From positions 62,001 to 126,000 of the IMG/VR virus record IMGVR_UViG_3300032245_001746: DNA of 64,000 nt; one strand, written 5' to 3'. The position numbers and the translations under genes are program-made. The notes beneath the pieces were generated by a model. The model did not search any database and had not been told where the DNA came from. It was given only the letters and a program-made list of their open reading frames with translations. Positions 48,063 through 58,361 of the stretch are shown here, in pieces. Numbering within the stretch: the stretch's first letter is position 1; each line of letters begins with the position of its first letter.

Positions 48063-49646
48063 ATGGCTAAGTTTATTTTTGTTGTTGGTGGTGTTTATTC
48101 CGGTACAGGCAAAGGCGTTGCTTCTGCATCTATTGGGTTTTTATTAAAAGAACGTAATTTAAAAGTTCAGATGTTGAAATTAGATCCTTATCTTAATGTA
48201 AATGCTGGAATTATACGCCCATCAGATCATGGAGAAGTTTATGTTTGTGACGATGGGTCAGAAATTGATTTAGATGCAGGTACTTATTATAGAATCGCAA
48301 ATGAAGAAACATCAAAAGATAGCATCTGTACATCTGGAACACTTTATAAAGAATTAATTTTCGATCAAGAAAATGGAAAATATCTTGGTCAAACATTACA
48401 AATAACTCCACACATGACAGAAAAAATAACTTCAAAACTTTTAAATGTAGAAAAAGATAATGATGTTGTAATTGTAGAAATTGGTGGCACAGTAGGCGAT
48501 AGTGAATCATTTGCTTTTTTTGAAACTATAAGACAATTTAAACAAAATAAAGATTGTATGATAATAATGGTAGCACCCATTATATGGGCAGACACTATTA
48601 AAGAATTTAAAACAAAACCATTACAAAATTCCGTTAAAGAATTACAAAAATGTGGTCTTTTTCCAGACATTCTCTTGTGTAGAAGTAATTTTAAACTTCC
48701 TAATTCTATTTTGGAAAAAACATCATCTATGACTGGCATACCTCTTGAAATGGTATTTAGTTGTCCTGATGTTTCTTCTTTATATGATGTTCCAATAGAA
48801 TTTTATAATTTACATATTGATGATATTATTGTAGATAGATTTCGACTTAAAAGGAATGTTTGTAAAATACATTCTTATAAAGAATTAATTGATAAAAGCA
48901 AGAAATTTGAAAAATATACAAATATTGCAGTGGTTTGTAAGTATGATAATTCTGAAGCTTATTTATCTTTAAAAGAAGCTATTCATCATGCTGCCATTCA
49001 TAATGATTGTAAAGCAAATATTTATTTTATAAATTCTGATTTTTTTGAAAATAAGAATCAATTACAAGAATTAAATAAATATAATGCTGTAATTGTACCT
49101 GGAGGTTTTGATTATCGTGGAGTAGAAGGTAAAATTAATGCAATTAAGCATTGTAGAGAAAATAAAATTCCTTTTTTAGGAATATGTTTAGGTTTACAAT
49201 GTGCTGTAATAGAATTTGCGAGAAACATTTGTGGTATTAAAGATGCTAATAGTTTAGAATTTGAAAAAGATTGTAAAAATCCTGTTATTAATTATGTTCT
49301 TGGACAAAAAGATATTCAACAAATGTCAGGAACAATGAGATTGGGAGCTTATAATTGTAAATTACAGACAAACTCTTTAGCTAATATTTCTTATAATAAT
49401 ACTCTAATTAGTGAAAGACACAGACATAGATATGAGGTAAATTCTGAATACAAACCTATTTTAGAAAAAAATGGATTTATAGTTTCTGGAGTCAATCCAG
49501 AAACTGGATTAATTGAAATAATGGAATTGGATACAAAAATACATCCATTTTTTATAGGAATTCAAGCACATCCAGAATTTAAGTCTAGATTATTAAATCC
49601 ATCTCCTTTATTTGTTTCTTTAATAAAAGAAAGTTTGAAAAAATGA
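48063..49646 (+). CDS. pyrG: CTP synthase
   Basis: GGVYSGTGKG, KLDPYLN, EIGGTVGD, KTKP, GICLG, RHRHRYE, HPEF. Confidence 0.95.
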   Translation: MAKFIFVVGGVYSGTGKGVASASIGFLLKERNLKVQMLKLDPYLNVNAGIIRPSDHGEVYVCDDGSEIDLDAGTYYRIANEETSKDSICTSGTLYKELIFDQENGKYLGQTLQITPHMTEKITSKLLNVEKDNDVVIVEIGGTVGDSESFAFFETIRQFKQNKDCMIIMVAPIIWADTIKEFKTKPLQNSVKELQKCGLFPDILLCRSNFKLPNSILEKTSSMTGIPLEMVFSCPDVSSLYDVPIEFYNLHIDDIIVDRFRLKRNVCKIHSYKELIDKSKKFEKYTNIAVVCKYDNSEAYLSLKEAIHHAAIHNDCKANIYFINSDFFENKNQLQELNKYNAVIVPGGFDYRGVEGKINAIKHCRENKIPFLGICLGLQCAVIEFARNICGIKDANSLEFEKDCKNPVINYVLGQKDIQQMSGTMRLGAYNCKLQTNSLANISYNNTLISERHRHRYEVNSEYKPILEKNGFIVSGVNPETGLIEIMELDTKIHPFFIGIQAHPEFKSRLLNPSPLFVSLIKESLKK

Positions 49647-49927
49647 AAGAAAATTATTGGGTAAAGAAAATTAATATCGAAGAGCTTATTAAGAAATATA
49701 GTTATAATTTTGATGCTATTTTTCCTAAAAATATTAGATGGAATAAAGAACAAGATTTAGAAGATGATATTATAAATTTTGATGTTGATTTTTTCGACAT
49801 GTATCCAGAATATATAAAATATTCTAAATATATTAAAATTGATATTAAAACCGACATTAAAGTAAATAATCATAATGGGTGTAATCAAATTTATATATCT
49901 AAATATACAATAACAGAAAAGGAATGA
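49643..49927 (+). CDS. Hypothetical protein
   Basis: ATGA-coupled to pyrG. Confidence 0.55.
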   Translation: MKENYWVKKINIEELIKKYSYNFDAIFPKNIRWNKEQDLEDDIINFDVDFFDMYPEYIKYSKYIKIDIKTDIKVNNHNGCNQIYISKYTITEKE

Positions 49928-49928
49928 A

Positions 49929-50369
49929 ATGTCAATATCTAGAATTTATTTTAAAGATTTCATCTTAAATGAAAAAAAACATTATTTGTCTCAAAAAATA
50001 GGAATTTTACTATCAGATTTGCAAGATTTGCAACAAAATTATGAAGGAATGGGAAAAAGACAATTAATTTTTAATTCAGAATCTATTGTTTCCAAAATGC
50101 GGGCTATATTACAAGATGTATGGGATGAAAAAGAAGAAAAACATTTAAAAACTATACAAAAAATAGCATTATCTATATCTAAATGTATAGAAGAAAAAGG
50201 TGAATTAATTCAAACTTTAAATAATTCTATTAAGTATTTAGAAAAAATATCTTCTGAGTTAGGAACTCCAGTAAATGATATTGGATCTAATGAAGATCAA
50301 GATTCTGAAAATAATTCTAAAGAAAAAAACCAAGATAATTTAAATAATCAACAAAATATTTCACAATAA
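49929..50369 (+). CDS. Hypothetical protein with capsid-targeting-like N-terminus
   Basis: YFKDFILNE; TAAATA upstream. Confidence 0.65.
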   Translation: MSISRIYFKDFILNEKKHYLSQKIGILLSDLQDLQQNYEGMGKRQLIFNSESIVSKMRAILQDVWDEKEEKHLKTIQKIALSISKCIEEKGELIQTLNNSIKYLEKISSELGTPVNDIGSNEDQDSENNSKEKNQDNLNNQQNISQ

Positions 50370-50388
50370 TGTTAACTATAATATTATT

Positions 50389-50943
50389 ATGAATAAAAAT
50401 ACGATTGATAATGATGATTTAGAAATAGATGATGTAATAAAAAATCTTTCTGAAAAAAAGAAAAAAATAAATTGTAAAAAAAAAGGCAATAGAGTCGAAT
50501 TACAATTAACTAAACTTCTTACTGATAGATTTAAACTAAATTTTAGCAGAACAGTTTCATCTGGAGCGAGGTGGTCACAAGCAAAATTATCAGAAGAAGC
50601 AAAGAATATCTTTTCTGGTGATTTAGTTGTTTGTAAAGGATTTAAATTTGTTATTGAGTGCAAAGGCGGCTATGATTCAATTGATCTTAATACTCTTTTT
50701 ATAGATGGAAATAAAGATTTAGATAAATTTCTAGAACAAGTTACTAATGATAGCGATAGATGTAATAGAAAACCAATGGTTTGTTGGAAAAAAACTCGTA
50801 AACCTTGGTTAGCTTTTATCCACTCATCAGAATTAACAGAACATAAAAATATGTTTAACTATATATTATATTATAATAATTGGTCTATTGTTTCTTTGGA
50901 TATATTACTTCAATTAAATGATGACTTTTTTATAGAACAATGA
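50389..50943 (+). CDS. PD-(D/E)xK nuclease, Holliday-junction-resolvase-like
   Basis: KKGNRVE, SG, GDL, IECK. Confidence 0.75.
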   Translation: MNKNTIDNDDLEIDDVIKNLSEKKKKINCKKKGNRVELQLTKLLTDRFKLNFSRTVSSGARWSQAKLSEEAKNIFSGDLVVCKGFKFVIECKGGYDSIDLNTLFIDGNKDLDKFLEQVTNDSDRCNRKPMVCWKKTRKPWLAFIHSSELTEHKNMFNYILYYNNWSIVSLDILLQLNDDFFIEQ

Positions 50944-50973
50944 AATAATGTTAAAGTTTTTAAAAAATTAAAA

Positions 50974-51885
50974 TTGAATCATATATACTATTGTTCTGCA
51001 AAAAGGGATATTATGATTCTTGAAGAAAAATGTAAAAATAAGAAATGTAAATGTAAAAAATGCATTATTTATAGAAAAGAATGTAAGTTAAACAAATTAG
51101 AAGTTGTGAAGAAAGTTTTTTTAGAAGCTGAATGTGAATTAATAAGTGAACCAAGTCTTAGCGGTAAAATGAAATATAAATGTTCTTGTAGCAATATTAA
51201 TTATATAAAATGGTTTCATTTTAAAAATGGTGGAAGATGTCGAAAATGCGGAAATTTAAAAACTAAAAAAAACAATCCGAAAAGAATGTCAATTGAAAAT
51301 AAAATACATGATTATTTCAAAGAGCATAATTGTGTTTTGTTAGAAACAAGTTATGTCAATAGTAATTTTAAAATGAGATATATTTGTGAGTGTGGAAATG
51401 AGTCAAAAATAACTTGGGATTGTTTTAAAAAAGGGTGTCGTTGTGAAAATTGTGCTAAAATTAAAATAAAAAATAGATTTATACCTAAAGGCGAATCACA
51501 TTCTAAATGGAATCCAAATAGAGAAGAAGTTGATCTAAATAAAAAAATTAGAAATAAAGCAAAACATATCTTAAAAAGATCACTTTTAAATCAAATGAAA
51601 GATGATACAACTTTTAATTTATTAGGATACACAAAAGAAGAATTAATTAATCATATTAAAAATGATGACAATTGGGAAACATTAAAAAATGTTAAATGGG
51701 AGTTAGATCACATTTTTCCAATAAAAGCTTTTTTTGATTATAAAATATATGATGTTCAAAAAATAAATACATTAGAAAATTTAAGACCATTGTCTTCATT
51801 TGAAAATAAAACTAAAAATAGTTTTTATGACAAAGACGAATTTGAATCTTGGTTAAAATCAAAAAATTGGTTTAAAATTGATTAA
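50974..51885 (+). CDS. HNH endonuclease with repeated zinc-ribbon modules
   Basis: Two KM.Y.C.C.N...W..FK.G.RC..C repeats; WELDHIFP...N.LENLRPL...N..K. Confidence 0.8.
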   Translation: MNHIYYCSAKRDIMILEEKCKNKKCKCKKCIIYRKECKLNKLEVVKKVFLEAECELISEPSLSGKMKYKCSCSNINYIKWFHFKNGGRCRKCGNLKTKKNNPKRMSIENKIHDYFKEHNCVLLETSYVNSNFKMRYICECGNESKITWDCFKKGCRCENCAKIKIKNRFIPKGESHSKWNPNREEVDLNKKIRNKAKHILKRSLLNQMKDDTTFNLLGYTKEELINHIKNDDNWETLKNVKWELDHIFPIKAFFDYKIYDVQKINTLENLRPLSSFENKTKNSFYDKDEFESWLKSKNWFKID

Positions 51886-51908
51886 TTTGAAAACGAATTT
51901 TTCTTTAA

Positions 51909-54470
51909 TTAAAAATCTTCATCTTTAGGAGGTTTATATCCTGGTTGTCCCTTTAATTTTATTATGTGCAATTCTTCTTTAGCTCTTGTTATAGCTACAT
52001 ATTTAGCATTTGCTTCTTGTGCTTTATCTTTTTCTCTTTTAGCTGTAGGATGAGGAAAATGATCATATCTAAGAATAAATACTCTTTCAAATTCTAATCC
52101 TTTAGATCTGTGTGCTGTAATTAAAACTATTGGTTTTTCTTTTTCCATGCGTTTTTTATATTCTGCATAATCTTTTTCGTTTTCTTCAATATCAAAACCG
52201 CCAAGTTTAACATTTATCCATTTTTTATATTTACCAATAGTTTTTTGTTCTTGACTTTCTTCGAATTGAGATATTGTTGCTAACATTGCATTAGTTACTT
52301 CTTCAAGTTCTTTTAGAAAATCTTTTCTAGCAGCAGATCCAGAATACTTTTCGTTATATCCTTCTACATATTTCATTATCATGTTTTTTAAACTAGAAAC
52401 TTCTGAATCATCATTTAATTTAAAATGATAAATAATGTTTTGTAGTTCTTTTTTAATATCATTTGCTATGTCTTTTCCAATTATAATGAAAGGTATGTTA
52501 TTTGATAATAATGTCAATGCAGCATGAATTAATGGATCGTTAGTTCTAGCAATAAAAGCTGTTTCTTTAACATGTCCATTTGCTTCTTTTTCATTAATTA
52601 ATTCTCTAAATGCATCTTGATAATCTTTTTCAAATTTACTAATTTTTCCGTTAGCTGATTCTTCACCGTCTGTAAGTCCAGATTTAAGATTTTTCACATG
52701 TGTTTCTTCATTTGCAAAATCAATTATATATTTTTTAGATCTAAAGTTTTTAGTTAATGTTTGTTCAATATCTTCACCATTTCCAGATACATTTTTAAGC
52801 ATACTAGATATGTTGCTGAAACTATTAGCATCTGCTCCTCTGAACCTGTAGAGCGATTGATTTGGGTCGCCTACCGCAACCACTATAGATCCTTGACTTG
52901 CCATTTTTTGCAACATTATTTTTTGATTTTCATTAAAATCTTGTATTTCATCTGCTAAAACAACATCGAATTTTGGCCAATTAATTTCATTAGAATGTAT
53001 AGCTGTGTACCATAAATCATCATCAAAATCTCTGTAATCTGATAAATCATGATTTTTATCTTTAGATTTATATTTAGCTTTTGTAAATCCTGGCATTGAT
53101 TCTTCTAATATCCAAATCGCTCCATGAATTATTTCAAGCTTATAATTAATTGAACCAAATTCAAATCCAAAATTATTTTTAATAATTTGATTCATTTCTT
53201 CAAAAAAACGTTCATTCCTGCTCCATCCTTCTAATTTTTCTTGAGCTTTTGAAAAATTTTCATCAAAATCATAATCATCAAATATTTCTGTAGCTTTACT
53301 TATTAAATTTTCAGATTTTCTTGGATCTAAAGCATTTGATTTTAGTAAACTAGCAAGTTTTACAACTTGTTCTTTATATGAAAATTTTACTATATTTAAA
53401 AATGATCTAAATGCATTTAATTGATATTCATTATCAATTCCTAAATTATTAGGAATTTTTGATGGAAGTTTATATTTTTCCATTATTTCTTCGAAAACTG
53501 GACTATCTGCTATAACTCTTATTTTTTGTAATTTTTTAACATCATCATTTTCAAGATTAACAATTCTATGAGTTTTTTTAATAGTTGTAGAGTTATTTTT
53601 GTTTGATAAAACTTCTCCCAAAAATCCATTAGTTGTACGAACAGTAACAAAACTTGGAAATTTCTCTGTAGCTTCTACTTTATTTTTATTGTTAAAAACA
53701 ATATAAAGCCAACTTTGACTAGAACTGCCATATTTCCACGCTAAATGTCTCAACATGGTGGTTTTACCTGTACCAGCTAAAGCATTTATCATAATGTGGT
53801 TTTTAGATTTTCCATTTATTATATTTTCAAACTTTTGTTCTATAGCTTTTTGTTCTTCACTCATCATAGAATCTTTAATCATACCTTTAGCCTTATCAGA
53901 AGCTGTTGTTGTTTGAAATTCAACAGCTAAATCTGGGTCTTGATTAATTAAATCTTTAAGCGATGGATTATCTGGAGTTTTTAATTTTGTTCCATTTTTT
54001 AGTATAGATTTAAACACATTTTGAAGATCATCGTTGTCAACATATCCAGTATTTCCATTGATAAGAGTTATGTATTGCCACTTGTAATTATCAAATTTTC
54101 TAAGTGCAACTTTTTCTTTAATTTTAAATCTAGGATCAGAATCTGTTATAACTTCCGCATAAAACCACCATTGTTTTTGTTGCACTTGACCAGCAGTTTG
54201 TGGTTGATTTTGTTGTTGGGCAATTACATTTTTAGCTTTATTTGGATTATAACCAGTTGTATATCTACAATTAGGATACCCTTTACATCCTAAAAATTGA
54301 TTTTGATTAGCTTTATTTATTCTCAATACTAAATCTTTTCCGCAAGTAGGACAAGATCCTTGAGATTCATTATTAACTGTTTCAAAAAGCCAATTATGAA
54401 TTGAAATCAATTTTTTATCAGCATTATTTTCAATAATGTTTGAATATTGTTTAAAATTTAGATCTAACAT
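51909..54470 (-). CDS. UvrD/Rep-like SF1 helicase with N-terminal topoisomerase-type C4 zinc ribbon
   Basis: CPTCG..FLGCKGYPNC; LAGTGKT, DEIQD, GDPNQSLYRFRGA, TAHRSKGLEF, YVAITRA. Confidence 0.9.
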   Translation of the reverse strand: MLDLNFKQYSNIIENNADKKLISIHNWLFETVNNESQGSCPTCGKDLVLRINKANQNQFLGCKGYPNCRYTTGYNPNKAKNVIAQQQNQPQTAGQVQQKQWWFYAEVITDSDPRFKIKEKVALRKFDNYKWQYITLINGNTGYVDNDDLQNVFKSILKNGTKLKTPDNPSLKDLINQDPDLAVEFQTTTASDKAKGMIKDSMMSEEQKAIEQKFENIINGKSKNHIMINALAGTGKTTMLRHLAWKYGSSSQSWLYIVFNNKNKVEATEKFPSFVTVRTTNGFLGEVLSNKNNSTTIKKTHRIVNLENDDVKKLQKIRVIADSPVFEEIMEKYKLPSKIPNNLGIDNEYQLNAFRSFLNIVKFSYKEQVVKLASLLKSNALDPRKSENLISKATEIFDDYDFDENFSKAQEKLEGWSRNERFFEEMNQIIKNNFGFEFGSINYKLEIIHGAIWILEESMPGFTKAKYKSKDKNHDLSDYRDFDDDLWYTAIHSNEINWPKFDVVLADEIQDFNENQKIMLQKMASQGSIVVAVGDPNQSLYRFRGADANSFSNISSMLKNVSGNGEDIEQTLTKNFRSKKYIIDFANEETHVKNLKSGLTDGEESANGKISKFEKDYQDAFRELINEKEANGHVKETAFIARTNDPLIHAALTLLSNNIPFIIIGKDIANDIKKELQNIIYHFKLNDDSEVSSLKNMIMKYVEGYNEKYSGSAARKDFLKELEEVTNAMLATISQFEESQEQKTIGKYKKWINVKLGGFDIEENEKDYAEYKKRMEKEKPIVLITAHRSKGLEFERVFILRYDHFPHPTAKREKDKAQEANAKYVAITRAKEELHIIKLKGQPGYKPPKDEDF

Positions 54471-54565
54471 AGCATTTTTATATATGAAAAAAATAAAAAT
54501 TTAATTGAAAGAATAATATATAATTTTGGAGTACTTCTTATCATGGATGAATACGGGAAGTAAGA

Positions 54566-54600
54566 AAACCTGCCATCCTTTGTGCTCTGGCAGGTTTTTT
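54566..54600. terminator. Intrinsic terminator hairpin
   Basis: AAAACCTGCCA/TGGCAGGTTTT with T-tracts on both strands. Confidence 0.75.
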
Positions 54601-54604
54601 ATTT

Positions 54605-55330
54605 TTAATCTATTTGTAGTTGTTGTTTTTCTGAAATATATACACAATCTCCAAAAGCTAATTCAAAATAAACATCATATATTCCAATATCTATATCCGT
54701 AGTATCTAGAAAATAATAAGCCATACATTTTTCTCTTAATTCTATTGGTTCATTTTCTACAATTTTTCTTAAATCGCACAATTCTGGCATACATGGACCA
54801 CACTTTTGTTCAATAGATATTTTGATATCTGCAACTATGGCTAGATTTTTATAATATTCTTCTAAAGAATTTGAATTTGGTACATTTGGTATTATTTCTA
54901 CAACTAACCATCGTTTTGACCCTTTTTTAATTCTGTTTGGTCTTAAAAAGAAATTAAAATCATAAATTATTGGCGTTGAAGTGGTAAACCATAAATTTGG
55001 ATATATTTCAAAATTGTTTTGAATTGTTGTTGATTCATTTTCAATATTAACATGCCATACATCAATATATTGTCCTATTACAAACAAATCCTGTTCTGCT
55101 TTAAAGCTTATTAAATAGCTTCCAACATCTGTTGTTGTAACGTCAGTTATGGTTTTAACTAATCTTGCTCCATTTTTATTTGATTCAGTAATTTCATTTG
55201 GATCTAAAAAATAAATTTCAACTTTATCTATAGAAGAAAAGTTTGCTTTTGCATTAGCATTATAAGCCATAAGTCTAAGTTTTAAATCATCATTAATTAC
55301 TGGATTTTGATAGCGTTCTCTAGTAGACAT
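54605..55330 (-). CDS. Hypothetical protein, probably structural
   Basis: Two Ig-like beta repeats (G.Y.DVW, GIYDVYF); downstream of baseplate-type genes. Confidence 0.6.
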   Translation of the reverse strand: MSTRERYQNPVINDDLKLRLMAYNANAKANFSSIDKVEIYFLDPNEITESNKNGARLVKTITDVTTTDVGSYLISFKAEQDLFVIGQYIDVWHVNIENESTTIQNNFEIYPNLWFTTSTPIIYDFNFFLRPNRIKKGSKRWLVVEIIPNVPNSNSLEEYYKNLAIVADIKISIEQKCGPCMPELCDLRKIVENEPIELREKCMAYYFLDTTDIDIGIYDVYFELAFGDCVYISEKQQLQID

Positions 55331-55338
55331 TTTTTCCC

Positions 55339-55677
55339 TTAATAGATTTTATCATATTTTATATAATATTTACAATAACCAGTTTGTAAAGATTCAAATG
55401 TTATTAAATTTAAATCTTCAAATCTGTTGAAATTATTTTCAGATATAACTGTTATTGAATTAACAGATGTTATAATTTTCTTACTTGTCTTAAACGTTAT
55501 ATTACTTATGTTTCCATATGAAATATTTACGTAAAGTAAATCTTTACTGTTTTCATCAAAATTATAACTTAAATTATTATTTTCATAAAAAATAATATTA
55601 AATTTATCTAATCTAAATAAATCTTTATTTAAAATTTTATTTTTATAATAATAATATTCTGTAGTCAGAAAGCACAT
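55339..55677 (-). CDS. Hypothetical protein
   Basis: TAATG-coupled to the upstream ORF. Confidence 0.55.
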   Translation of the reverse strand: MCFLTTEYYYYKNKILNKDLFRLDKFNIIFYENNNLSYNFDENSKDLLYVNISYGNISNITFKTSKKIITSVNSITVISENNFNRFEDLNLITFESLQTGYCKYYIKYDKIY

Positions 55678-55832
55678 TATTTACCTTTTCCCGCATTATC
55701 TAATGCTTCTTTTTCTTTGTTTTTTTGTTGAATAAATCTTTCAATCATCCATTTTCTTTCATTGATTGGCATTCTCATAGTAGAATCAAAATCTTGATGC
55801 ATATGATATAAAAAGAAGAATTTTTCTTCCAT
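55677..55832 (-). CDS. gp51-like baseplate/tail assembly chaperone C-terminal ORF
   Basis: Manual translation MEEKFFFLYHMHQDFDSTMRMPINERKWMIERFIQQK...; frame open upstream through the slippery site at 55892. Confidence 0.7.
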   Translation of the reverse strand: MEEKFFFLYHMHQDFDSTMRMPINERKWMIERFIQQKNKEKEALDNAGKGK

Positions 55833-55849
55833 TAAACTTTCCCATAATC

Positions 55850-56935
55850 TTATGCATTCATCTCCGCTTTCTGACTTGGGAAGAAAAAATTTGCACCCAA
55901 TGGTAATTCAACTTCAAATTCTTCACCATTAAAAGGTGAAGTTACTTTAATTTTTGTTTGTACTCCAAAAGGTGGATTTGTTACTAAGTTTCTTAAATAA
56001 TTAACATCAATACTTTTTAATTCTTTCAACAAAACAAGTATTTCTCGCGTGTCTGTTAAACCTTCGATGTCATCAATTAATAAAGCTGTTCTGTACAATA
56101 AAGTATCATCTGTTTGTTGAGATGTTGTAAACTGAGACTTTCTTTCTTTATATTCAACTATTTTTTGTTCATCTTCGCCATTTTCAAGATGATATTTAAA
56201 ATGAAAACCACAAGATGGTAGTGTTCCATAAAGAGAACTTTCATCAAATTCATCTGGACACAAATCAATATCAAGATTCAAATCAATTGTGTAATTAAAT
56301 GTTTTTGATGTAAAAGGACATGTTAAAGTCACTTCATAATCTGGACCGTAAGAAATACCTCTTAAATAAATCAAAATAAAATTTCTATCTTCTAATAATA
56401 ATTTTTCTGAAGAAAATTGTTTACTTTCTTGTATACAATTATCAAAAATCATATTTAAAGCAGTTCCTTTTTTAACAAATCTTTGAGTTGCTAAAATATT
56501 TTGATCTTGACCAAGCATTGGTCTTATATGAATTTTTCCATCTCTTGGTCCGTTCGTTCCATCATAAAACTTACCTTTTGATGGCAACAATATTTCTTCA
56601 AAGATATGATTTTCTTTTTTCAACCCAGCAACAAGTTCTTGTAATTTGGAACTAGAGCTTACAGGTCCTGCAAATCTTTGATCTTTTTTATTTTTTGAAA
56701 TAGGCATGGTTTTTTTATTAGGCATAGGTATAGGTTGCTGAAATTGCACAGCATCTACATATTGATTAGATACATTTGTTCCTTCTTGATAAGATTCATT
56801 AATTGAATTTGCACTAAGTGAAGCTTTTTGTTGTATTTCTTGTAAAAGTTCAGGTGGTACTGCACCTGAAAATTCAACACCACCTATTTCTGATGGATTT
56901 ATTGGTGTTCGTTGTGGTCTATATGCTTCAGACAT
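55850..56935 (-). CDS. gp26-like baseplate hub / tail assembly protein
   Basis: LPSKGKFY, IRPM, DR.FILIYLRGISYG..Y, CP, ELPLGANFFFP. Confidence 0.75.
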   Translation of the reverse strand: MSEAYRPQRTPINPSEIGGVEFSGAVPPELLQEIQQKASLSANSINESYQEGTNVSNQYVDAVQFQQPIPMPNKKTMPISKNKKDQRFAGPVSSSSKLQELVAGLKKENHIFEEILLPSKGKFYDGTNGPRDGKIHIRPMLGQDQNILATQRFVKKGTALNMIFDNCIQESKQFSSEKLLLEDRNFILIYLRGISYGPDYEVTLTCPFTSKTFNYTIDLNLDIDLCPDEFDESSLYGTLPSCGFHFKYHLENGEDEQKIVEYKERKSQFTTSQQTDDTLLYRTALLIDDIEGLTDTREILVLLKELKSIDVNYLRNLVTNPPFGVQTKIKVTSPFNGEEFEVELPLGANFFFPSQKAEMNA

Positions 56936-56999
56936 TTTTATTCTCCTAGAAAGATTTTGTTCAAAATATAAGAGTATTAACTATATTAAATTTGTCAAA

Positions 57000-57359
57000 A
57001 TGATAAAAATTAATTTTAAAAATGTCGAAGAATTGTTATTGACTAATAATAGTATTAAAAACTCTTTTCCAGAGTTCAAGCCTTATTTTGATCAAATCGA
57101 AAGGTCTAAACATTATTCGTTTATGAAACAATCTGCAATTCAAGCTAAAATAGATCTTGTTAATCATTTGAATGAAAGACATATTCAAATAATTGAAAAT
57201 CATTTAAACCAAAGTGTTGAAATTGTTAAATTTAATAACAATTTTACACAAAATTATTCTTGTAAAATTGATGAATTTGATTTGTCATTAAATTCTAATT
57301 TAGATTTATTCTGTATTTACAGAAATAAAGATGTTTTAAAAGTAACTTTTTTTAAGTGA
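57000..57359 (+). CDS. Hypothetical protein
   Basis: 119-aa ORF. Confidence 0.6.
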   Translation: MIKINFKNVEELLLTNNSIKNSFPEFKPYFDQIERSKHYSFMKQSAIQAKIDLVNHLNERHIQIIENHLNQSVEIVKFNNNFTQNYSCKIDEFDLSLNSNLDLFCIYRNKDVLKVTFFK

Positions 57360-57368
57360 TATTATATT

Positions 57369-57668
57369 ATGAACATAATTCTTTTTATATTCGCCTGTGT
57401 TGGACTTACATCAATAATTATTGAATCAGTAATGTTATCTAAAGTAAGATTGTTTTTAAAAAATAAACTTTCTAAATTTTGGTATACACCTTTTGAATGC
57501 TATCAATGTATGGGTTTTTGGTCTGGCATAATATGTAGTTTTATATTAACTTTAAATCCATACATGATTTTGTGTTGTGGTTTTGCCGGAAGTTTTTTAT
57601 CTCCTTTGTTTGTAAATATATCTAATTATTTAGAAGCTCAAACATTAATTTCGCTTGAGGAAAAATGA
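57369..57668 (+). CDS. Small membrane protein (DUF1360-like)
   Basis: TM segments flanking CYQCMGFW. Confidence 0.55.
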   Translation: MNIILFIFACVGLTSIIIESVMLSKVRLFLKNKLSKFWYTPFECYQCMGFWSGIICSFILTLNPYMILCCGFAGSFLSPLFVNISNYLEAQTLISLEEK

Positions 57669-57991
57669 TGGAAAAAAATATTGTTTTAGAATTGTTTTGT
57701 TCTAAATGTTTTTGGAAAAGGTATATTAGAGAAAAAAAAGATCTTGAAGATTTGATTGAATATAAACAATCTGAATTACAAAAATCTATAAAAAATAATA
57801 CTAATTTAAAATTAAATAAAAAATTTAAATGCAAAAATTGTGGATTTGTTGTTTCTTTAAAAAAAATACAAGATACACAAAAAGTGCTTTTAGATCAAAA
57901 AGAACTTGAAAAAAGAGTTGCCGAAATAGAAGAATTTAATATTTATATTAATAATTTTGATAAGAAAGATTCAAATGAAGATAGGACTTAA
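57665..57991 (+). CDS. Zinc-ribbon protein
   Basis: CSKC and CKNCG. Confidence 0.6.
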   Translation: MMEKNIVLELFCSKCFWKRYIREKKDLEDLIEYKQSELQKSIKNNTNLKLNKKFKCKNCGFVVSLKKIQDTQKVLLDQKELEKRVAEIEEFNIYINNFDKKDSNEDRT

Positions 57992-58361
57992 AGAAATTAA
58001 AGAAGCTGTTAAAGATGAAAGATTTTTAGAAAGTCTGCCATCTGAATTTAAAGAAGATATCATTAAATATAAAAATAATCCTTCTTGTAATTGCAATACA
58101 GATTTTTATAAAAAAATCTTTTCTAATTGTAAAAAACAATTGAAACAATATTTTCCTCATTTAGAAGTTTCTGAAGATTTAAACATAAATTCTAGAATAG
58201 AACAGTTGAATGATTGGAGTGTGATTAATTGTCATATTAACGATTTAAACAAAGAATTAAAAAAAATTAGACATGGAAAAAAACAAATTGCAATAGCAAG
58301 ATATGAAGATCAAGTTACTGTTGTAATTAATGAAGTAAAATTAAATATTAATAGAATTTAA
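57957..58361 (+). CDS. Hypothetical protein
   Basis: NPSCNCN motif. Confidence 0.6.
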   Translation: MIRKIQMKIGLKEIKEAVKDERFLESLPSEFKEDIIKYKNNPSCNCNTDFYKKIFSNCKKQLKQYFPHLEVSEDLNINSRIEQLNDWSVINCHINDLNKELKKIRHGKKQIAIARYEDQVTVVINEVKLNINRI

